Shown here piece by piece: positions 43,952-50,170 of a stretch of DNA of 50,170 bases (position 1 is its first letter; the number at the start of each line of letters is the position of its first letter). The translations under genes were made by a program, and so were the position numbers. Origin of the DNA: Bacteroidota bacterium (GTDB taxonomy: Bacteria; Bacteroidota; Bacteroidia; AKYH767-A; 2013-40CM-41-45); contig JANLRG010000551.1 of assembly GCA_031361545.1 (NCBI GenBank), positions 1 to 50,170 of the forward strand. The letters are read 5' to 3'. The notes beneath the pieces are model-generated. The model was given only the letters and a program-made list of their open reading frames with translations. It was not told the origin of the DNA and did no database searches.

Positions 43952-46900
43952 ATGTCGAACTATCCAGAATACAATCAACTTAACCTCAGTGCTATTGCGA
44001 AAGAAATGCTTCAAACTTGGGAGCAGGAGAAAACTTTTCTCACTAGCGTTGAGTCGCGCGAAGGCAATCCGGTTTTTAATTTTTATGAAGGTCCGCCATC
44101 AGCCAACGGCCTTCCCGGAATTCATCATGTCATGGCCCGTTCTATTAAAGATATTTTTTGTCGATATAAAACGCTGAAAGGTTTTCAAGTGAAACGTAAA
44201 GGCGGTTGGGATACTCACGGTCTTCCAATTGAACTCTCAGTGGAAAAAACACTCGGCATTCGGAAAGATGATATTGGAAAAACAATTTCAATAGAAGATT
44301 ATAATAATGCTTGCCGCAAGGAAGTAATGAAGTACAAAGATATTTGGGATGACCTCACTCGCAAAATGGGTTACTGGGTCGACCTCGATCATCCATACGT
44401 GACTTTCGAAAATAATTACATCGAATCTTGTTGGAACCTTCTTCATAAATTTTATTCCAAAAATCTTTTATACAAAGGATTCTCTATTCAGCCTTATTCT
44501 CCTGCGGCAGGAACAGGATTGTCTTCTCATGAACTCAATCAGCCAGGAACATATAAGATGGTCAAAGACACTTCGGCGATTGCGATGTTTAGAGTTCTAG
44601 GTTCGAAGTTTAAGGTTCAAGGATTTGACAATGTTATAAATAATGGAAAATTATTTTTTCTTGCATGGACCACTACACCTTGGACATTACCTTCTAATAC
44701 TGCATTGGCTGTTGGCGCAAAAATTACTTACGCCTTCGTTGATACTTTTAATCAATACACTTCTGAAAGAATAACTGTTGTTCTTGCTAAAGAGCTCATC
44801 GGAAAATATTTTCCTGAGAAAAATGCTGAACTTCCATTCGAAGAATATAAACCTGGCGACAAAACAATTCCATTTAAAATTATTGGCGAAGTAAAAGGAA
44901 AAGAATTGGAAGGTTCAACGTATGAACAATTGCTTTCTTATTCACAACCTACCGATGGCGACGCTTTCAGAGTACTATTGGGTGATTTTGTAACGACGGA
45001 AGATGGTACGGGAATCGTTCACATCGCTCCAAGTTTTGGTGCTGACGATTTTCGTGTCGCTAAACAAAATGGAATTGGCTCGCTTACACTGGTGGATAAG
45101 AGAGGGAAATTTACTGAAGAAGTAACTGACTACGCAAACGAATTTGTGAAGGAAGCTTATCTGACTGACGAAGAAAAAGAAACAGAAAAAATAAAACAAG
45201 GAGGAGAAAGATATTTGTCAGTCGATGAAAGAATCGTTATCAAATTAAAAAAAGAAAACAAAGCCTTTAAAGCGGAACGTTACGAACATACTTATCCGCA
45301 CTGCTGGAGAACAGATAAACCAATTTTATATTATCCGCTCGACTCTTGGTTCATTCGCACAACTGCTGCTAAAGAACGGATGGTTGAATTAAATAAAACC
45401 ATTAATTGGAAACCTGAATCAACAGGTACGGGACGTTTCGGAAATTGGTTGGAGAATTTAGTGGACTGGAATTTGTCGCGCTCTCGTTTTTGGGGAATAC
45501 CACTTCCAATATGGGCGACGGAAGATTATAGCGAACAAATATGTGTTGGATCTGTCGATCAGTTGGAAGAGGAAATCAATAAGTCGGTAAAGGCCGGATT
45601 TATGAAATCGAATTTAGTGAGGGATGCAAAATCGAAAGGCACACAATTCGAATTGCATCGGCCTTTTGTCGATGATGTTTTTTTAGTTTCTGCGTCAGGA
45701 AAAAAAATGACGCGCGAACTAGATCTAATCGATGTTTGGTTTGATTCAGGTGCTATGCCTTATGCACAATGGCATTTTCCATTCGAGAACCAAGAAGAAT
45801 TTCAAAAAGCTTTTCCTGCTGATTTCATAGCTGAAGGTGTTGATCAAACTCGCGGATGGTTTTTTACTCTCCACGCAATTGCCGTGATGCTCTTCGATTC
45901 TGTCGCTTACAAAAATGTAGTAAGTAACGGATTGGTGCTCGACAAGAATGGAAATAAAATGTCGAAGCGTTTGGGAAATGCGGCTGACCCTTTTGAAACG
46001 CTTGAAAAATATGGCGCTGATGCAACACGCTGGTATATGATTAGCAATGCACAGCCATGGGATAATTTAAAATTCAACACAGATGGTATTTCCGAAGTAC
46101 AGAGAAAATTTTTCGGAACGCTGTACAATACATATTCATTTTTTATTTTGTATGCTAACATCGACGGATTTAATTTTGAAGAAAAAGAAATTCCATTAGC
46201 TGATAGAGCAGAACTCGATCGTTGGATTATTTCAGAATTAAATTCATTGATAAAAAATGTTGATGAAAGTTATGCAGACTACGAACCTACTCGTGCTACT
46301 CGTGCCATTGCAGATTTTGTGAGCGAGCATTTAAGTAATTGGTATGTTCGCTTAAGTCGTCGCCGCTTTTGGAAGGGTGAATATACACACGATAAAATTG
46401 CAGCATATCAAACACTCTATACTTGCCTTGAAACAATTGCTTTATTGATGTCGCCAGTTGCTCCGTTTTTCTCTGATCAACTTTTTAGAGATTTGAATAA
46501 TACGACGGAAAGATTGGATGCTGTCTCTGTTCACTTAGCAGACTTTCCAAAATATGATTTGAAAGCTATTGACAAACCATTGGAAGAGAGAATGGAATTA
46601 GCACAGAAAATTTCTTCAATGGTTTTATCGCTTCGGAAAAAAGTAAACATCCGCGTTCGTCAACCACTAAACAAAATTTTATTACCTGTGCTTGATAATT
46701 CTTTTCAGATAAAAGTGGATGCAGTCAAAGATTTAATTTTGGCGGAAGTCAATGTAAAAGAAATAGAATACATCACAGATACTTCAGGAGTATTAGTGAA
46801 AAAGATAAAGCCAAACTTTAAAGTGCTTGGTAAAAAAGTGGGCGGACTAATGAAAGATGTGGCTGTCGCCGTTAATGCAATGACGCAAGAACAAATACAG

Positions 46901-47341
46901 ACGATCGATCTTGAGAAAAAAATAATGATTGATGTTGTAGGACAATCTATTGAATTGATGGAAGAAGATGTCGAAATCACTTCAGAAGATATACCAGGAT
47001 GGCAAGTGACAAATGAGGGGAAATTGACCGTTGCTCTTGATATTACCCTCACAGATAAATTAAAAGAAGAAGGTATTGCCCGCGAATTTATTAATAGAAT
47101 ACAGAATTTGAGAAAAGAACGTGGTTTTGAGGTCACCGATCGGATTGTTTTGACAGTTCTGAAACATGATGGAATGAAGGATTCATTGATTAATAATAAA
47201 GATTATATTTGCGCGGAAATTTTAGCTGAAAGGCTCGATCTTGTTGACCGTCTTGATGGCGAAGACGCTGTTAACGTGGATGTTGATGATGATATTCAAA
47301 CTCGAATAATCATCCAAAAACACACCTCAGGATTGAATTAA
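43952..47341 (+). CDS. ileS: Isoleucyl-tRNA synthetase (long type-2 form)
   Basis: HIGH-type segment PSANGLPGIHH, KMSKS loop KMSKRLGN, ~1129 aa. ATG at 43952 preferred over the TTG at 43919. Confidence 0.95.
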   Translation: MSNYPEYNQLNLSAIAKEMLQTWEQEKTFLTSVESREGNPVFNFYEGPPSANGLPGIHHVMARSIKDIFCRYKTLKGFQVKRKGGWDTHGLPIELSVEKTLGIRKDDIGKTISIEDYNNACRKEVMKYKDIWDDLTRKMGYWVDLDHPYVTFENNYIESCWNLLHKFYSKNLLYKGFSIQPYSPAAGTGLSSHELNQPGTYKMVKDTSAIAMFRVLGSKFKVQGFDNVINNGKLFFLAWTTTPWTLPSNTALAVGAKITYAFVDTFNQYTSERITVVLAKELIGKYFPEKNAELPFEEYKPGDKTIPFKIIGEVKGKELEGSTYEQLLSYSQPTDGDAFRVLLGDFVTTEDGTGIVHIAPSFGADDFRVAKQNGIGSLTLVDKRGKFTEEVTDYANEFVKEAYLTDEEKETEKIKQGGERYLSVDERIVIKLKKENKAFKAERYEHTYPHCWRTDKPILYYPLDSWFIRTTAAKERMVELNKTINWKPESTGTGRFGNWLENLVDWNLSRSRFWGIPLPIWATEDYSEQICVGSVDQLEEEINKSVKAGFMKSNLVRDAKSKGTQFELHRPFVDDVFLVSASGKKMTRELDLIDVWFDSGAMPYAQWHFPFENQEEFQKAFPADFIAEGVDQTRGWFFTLHAIAVMLFDSVAYKNVVSNGLVLDKNGNKMSKRLGNAADPFETLEKYGADATRWYMISNAQPWDNLKFNTDGISEVQRKFFGTLYNTYSFFILYANIDGFNFEEKEIPLADRAELDRWIISELNSLIKNVDESYADYEPTRATRAIADFVSEHLSNWYVRLSRRRFWKGEYTHDKIAAYQTLYTCLETIALLMSPVAPFFSDQLFRDLNNTTERLDAVSVHLADFPKYDLKAIDKPLEERMELAQKISSMVLSLRKKVNIRVRQPLNKILLPVLDNSFQIKVDAVKDLILAEVNVKEIEYITDTSGVLVKKIKPNFKVLGKKVGGLMKDVAVAVNAMTQEQIQTIDLEKKIMIDVVGQSIELMEEDVEITSEDIPGWQVTNEGKLTVALDITLTDKLKEEGIAREFINRIQNLRKERGFEVTDRIVLTVLKHDGMKDSLINNKDYICAEILAERLDLVDRLDGEDAVNVDVDDDIQTRIIIQKHTSGLN

Positions 47342-47374
47342 TCTGCTCTCATCCCATCAAAACAACAATTATTT

Positions 47375-48433
47375 ATGAGCAAGAAGAACACGAAAACAAA
47401 AGCAAAGGCTGCTCCGAAAGCAAAAGCGAAAGTAAAAGCAAAGCCGAATTCCTCAAAAGCTGGAAAAAAAGCTCCTGTTTCCAAGCCTAAAGCAAAAAGT
47501 AAACCTGCTGTCAAAGCAAAATCTGTAAAAAAAATTGCTGCTATTAAAGCGAAAGCTCCAGTTAAAAAAGTAGCTAAAGTAAAAGTTGCTCCCAAAGCGA
47601 AAGTAACCGCTAAAAAAGTAACTCCTGCACCAAAGAAAGTTGCAGCTAAAGTTATAGCGCCTAAATCGTTAGCTTCAAAAACAGTTGCTGCAAAACCAGT
47701 TGCTGGAAAACCAGTTGCTGCGAAACCAGTTGCTACAAAACCAGTTGCTACAAAACCAAGTGATTCAAAAACAGTTGCTGCGAAGCCTTTGAACACTACG
47801 AAAGTAGAACTGCCAGCAAAAGGAGGAGCTGAAAAATTAGGTGTTCCTGGAAAACCAGCAGGGGCTCCAATTTTTAAAGCTTCCCCTGGAAGAAGAAGAA
47901 AGAAAGAAAAAGCTCCGACCGTTGTAAAGATTGAAGTTCCGAGAAATGAAATTCCCGCTCCTCCAAAGAACAGACCTGTTATCGGTCGCCCTGCTCCATT
48001 CAATCGTCGCCCTGAACCTTCTTTAACACGACCTAAACCTGTTGTTGAGGATTCTGGAAAAACACGCTATTCTGATAATGAGTTAGAAGAATTTCGTGCA
48101 ATCATTAATAAAAAGTTGGAAGATGCACGCAAAGAACTTTTGTTGCTTCAAGCACAAATGACTGCTGCCAACGAACACGGCACAGATGATACTGCAAGTA
48201 CTTTCAAAATATTAGAAGACGGTTCAGACTCTCTTGCAAAAGAAGAAGCCGGACAATTAGCAGGTCGTCAGAAAAAATTTATTGAGCAATTAGAAAATGC
48301 AATGATTCGTATTGAAAATAAAACGTATGGTATATGTCGCGTTTCTGGAAAATTAATTCCGAAGGAACGTCTGCGCGCTGTACCTCACACAACTCAAACC
48401 ATTGAAGCAAAATTAAATCAATATAGAGATTAA
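47375..48433 (+). CDS. DksA/TraR-family protein with ~220-aa Lys/Ala/Pro-rich (histone H1-like) N-terminal extension
   Basis: C-terminal ~125 aa: coiled-coil LEEFRAIINKKLEDARKELLLLQAQM plus YGICRVSGKLIPKERLRAVPHTTQTIEAK. The N-terminus is K/A/P/V low complexity. No in-frame ATG exists between 47375 and the DksA core. Confidence 0.75.
   Translation: MSKKNTKTKAKAAPKAKAKVKAKPNSSKAGKKAPVSKPKAKSKPAVKAKSVKKIAAIKAKAPVKKVAKVKVAPKAKVTAKKVTPAPKKVAAKVIAPKSLASKTVAAKPVAGKPVAAKPVATKPVATKPSDSKTVAAKPLNTTKVELPAKGGAEKLGVPGKPAGAPIFKASPGRRRKKEKAPTVVKIEVPRNEIPAPPKNRPVIGRPAPFNRRPEPSLTRPKPVVEDSGKTRYSDNELEEFRAIINKKLEDARKELLLLQAQMTAANEHGTDDTASTFKILEDGSDSLAKEEAGQLAGRQKKFIEQLENAMIRIENKTYGICRVSGKLIPKERLRAVPHTTQTIEAKLNQYRD
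47678..47782 (+). repeat. In-frame 15-bp tandem repeat (AAACCAGTTGCTNNN, about 7 units) inside the DksA-like gene
   Basis: Encodes KTVAA-KPVAG-KPVAA-KPVAT-KPVAT-KPSDS-KTVAA. Confidence 0.85.
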
Positions 48434-48449
48434 CATTATCATCAAATAG

Positions 48450-48492
48450 AATCTCCCGGATATTTAAAAAATAATTCGGGAGATTTATTTTT
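48450..48492 (+). terminator. Rho-independent terminator after the DksA-like gene
   Basis: aatctcccg / cgggagatt stem with an 18-nt loop, followed by tatttttat. Confidence 0.6.
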
Positions 48493-48575
48493 ATCTCCCA
48501 TCTTCTTTCTGAAAAATAATTTAAAAGTTTATCAGAAATTTATTTCCCTCTCATTTTCTTATTTATCGTAATCAT

Positions 48576-49223
48576 TTGAAACGCGCTGCTCTCATTGTAT
48601 TTTTTGTTCTACTCTTAGATCAAGTAGTGAAGGTTTGGATTAAGACTCACATGTATCTTGGCCAAGAATATGAAATTTTCAAATGGTTCAGTATTCATTT
48701 TACAGAGAATAATGGAATGGCTTTCGGATTAGAGTTTGGTGGTTCGTTTGGAAAAATATTTCTTAGCATCTTCCGAATTTTTGCTTCACTAGGCATTGGT
48801 TGGTATTTAATTCATCTTATTAAAACAAAAGCGCATACGTTGATGGTCACTTGTTTTTCATTGATCTTTGCAGGAGCCATCGGAAATATTATTGACAGTA
48901 CCATCTACGGAGTTATATTTTCAGATAGCATGGAAGGCATTTCAAAATTTGTTCCGGGAAATGGTTATTCAACTTTTCTTCATGGGCGCGTTGTTGACAT
49001 GCTTTACTTTCCTTTGTTCAACGGACAATTCCCAAGTTGGCTGCCAATTTGGGGTGGCGAAACTTTTCTTTTCTTCCGACCAATTTTTAATATCGCCGAT
49101 TCATCGATATCAATTGGAGTCTTTTTATTACTGATCTTCCAAAACAAATTTGTTTCAGTTAAGAAAACAGAGGAGCTTCAATCAAGTTCAACTAATTTTT
49201 CAGTGGAAGATGAAAGGGATTAA
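48576..49223 (+). CDS. lspA: Lipoprotein signal peptidase (signal peptidase II)
   Basis: LLLDQVVK, NNGMAFG, GNIIDS and FNIADSSI motifs. TTG start. Confidence 0.9.
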   Translation: MKRAALIVFFVLLLDQVVKVWIKTHMYLGQEYEIFKWFSIHFTENNGMAFGLEFGGSFGKIFLSIFRIFASLGIGWYLIHLIKTKAHTLMVTCFSLIFAGAIGNIIDSTIYGVIFSDSMEGISKFVPGNGYSTFLHGRVVDMLYFPLFNGQFPSWLPIWGGETFLFFRPIFNIADSSISIGVFLLLIFQNKFVSVKKTEELQSSSTNFSVEDERD

Positions 49224-49227
49224 TAAA

Positions 49228-49842
49228 ATGAAACCAATCAAATTATTTTCATTTTTATTTCTGCTACTTCCACTATGTAGTTTTAACTTTCAGAAAAAAG
49301 AACCTCTTTCTACTTTAGAAAAAAGTATAAATGATTTTTCATTGCGGAACACTGATAATAAAATAATTTCTCTGAGTGACTATAAAGATGCAAAAGGGTT
49401 CATGATTGTTTTCACATGCAACCATTGTCCATTTGCAAAACTTTATCCAGAGCGATTCAATGCTCTCAATTTGAAATATCAATCGTTAGGTGTTCCATTG
49501 ATTGCAATTAATTCGATGGACTCTACTGTTTATGATGATGAAAGTTTTGAGTTGATGCAAAATAAAGCAAAGAGTGAAAAATTTAATTTCTCTTATCTAC
49601 ATGATGCTGATCAAAAGGTGGGAAAAGATTTTAATGCTAAACATACTCCACATGCATTTGTGATTTGGAAAATGAATGGAAGTTGGGTGATAAAGTATAG
49701 TGGAGCTATAGATGACAACGGAGAGCATCCTGAATTAGCTACTCACTATATTTCAAATGCAGTGGATGAATTATTGCAAAATAAAACAGTCACCAAGCCG
49801 GAAACAGAATCTTTCGGGTGTGCGATTTTCTATCGGAAGTAA
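49228..49842 (+). CDS. Secreted thioredoxin-fold (redoxin/AhpC-TSA-like) protein
   Basis: Signal peptide MKPIKLFSFLFLLLPLCSF. CxxC motif CNHCP. ATG at 49228 chosen because it follows the lspA stop. Confidence 0.75.
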   Translation: MKPIKLFSFLFLLLPLCSFNFQKKEPLSTLEKSINDFSLRNTDNKIISLSDYKDAKGFMIVFTCNHCPFAKLYPERFNALNLKYQSLGVPLIAINSMDSTVYDDESFELMQNKAKSEKFNFSYLHDADQKVGKDFNAKHTPHAFVIWKMNGSWVIKYSGAIDDNGEHPELATHYISNAVDELLQNKTVTKPETESFGCAIFYRK

Positions 49843-50170
49843 ATTGATTTTATAATTGTCCATTCGAAAGTACGCCGTTTTTACTTGTCAAGATTACAAC
49901 AATTAGTTTAGCGTAATATTTTTCGTCATCTATTTAAGGATCTAATTTAAGAAGTTTGATTAATGAGTTCATACATTAATTCGTTGAACATTTTGTTGTT
50001 ATTCTAATCTCATTCTTTAACTTTAAAAACATTCTCACAAATTAACTTGCGCTAACCAATAAATGATTTTATCACGTTGCTGAATTGGGTGAAGAAATAA
50101 AAGGAAATAAAAAATGGCACTTTTGTTTTTACAATTAATCAAAGCAGTTATAGAATCACTAAATTTTAAC

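Noticed and set aside
47338-48003. 221-aa minus-strand ORF (G/A/F/T-rich) opposite the DksA-like gene
   Set aside because: It is the mirror image of the Lys/Ala/Pro-rich repeat region. GCN/AAR codons read as open frame on the other strand. It is low complexity with no promoter context, and the plus-strand frame continues into a recognisable DksA domain.
50114-50170. 19-codon ORF (MALLFLQLIKAVIESLNFN) running off the window end
   Set aside because: Too short and truncated to evaluate. It could be the start of the next gene, but there is no supporting motif.

Overview
AT-rich chromosomal segment from a Bacteroidota genome. Lineage evidence: gldH, T9SS type-A and type-B C-terminal sorting domains, TAnnTTTG -7 promoter boxes and a long type-2 IleS. 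I call about 45 protein genes. Most are housekeeping: pgk, holB, PSP1/RicT-like, gldH, an M16 peptidase pair, PBP1A, scoA/scoB, lipB, lysS, rbfA, asd, ileS, a DksA-like gene and lspA. I found no rRNA, tRNA, CRISPR array, transposase, integrase or recognisable defence gene, so I cannot point to a clear-cut new system. The best candidate is a multi-glycosyltransferase locus at 13.2-20.9 kb. It has an ArnT/PMT-like GT-C membrane protein, three DPM1/ArnC-like GT2 enzymes, a DUF288/STELLO-like protein and a permease-less tandem ABC ATPase. This locus physically splits scoA from scoB, the two subunit genes of one CoA-transferase. Secondary oddities: (1) a DksA/TraR-type regulator with a ~220-aa Lys/Ala/Pro-rich histone-H1-like N-terminal extension built on 15-bp repeats; (2) a PSP1 protein with a long Q/N/P-rich repeat tail; (3) a heptanucleotide-period intergenic repeat family at three loci, one forming large inverted arrays; (4) a second dispersed GC-rich repeat next to lysS and ileS; (5) decayed relics of a toxin-antitoxin pair and of a T9SS cargo gene; (6) several promoter boxes only 4-6 nt from the ATG, implying leaderless mRNAs. 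All family assignments come from motif recognition by eye, not from database searches.
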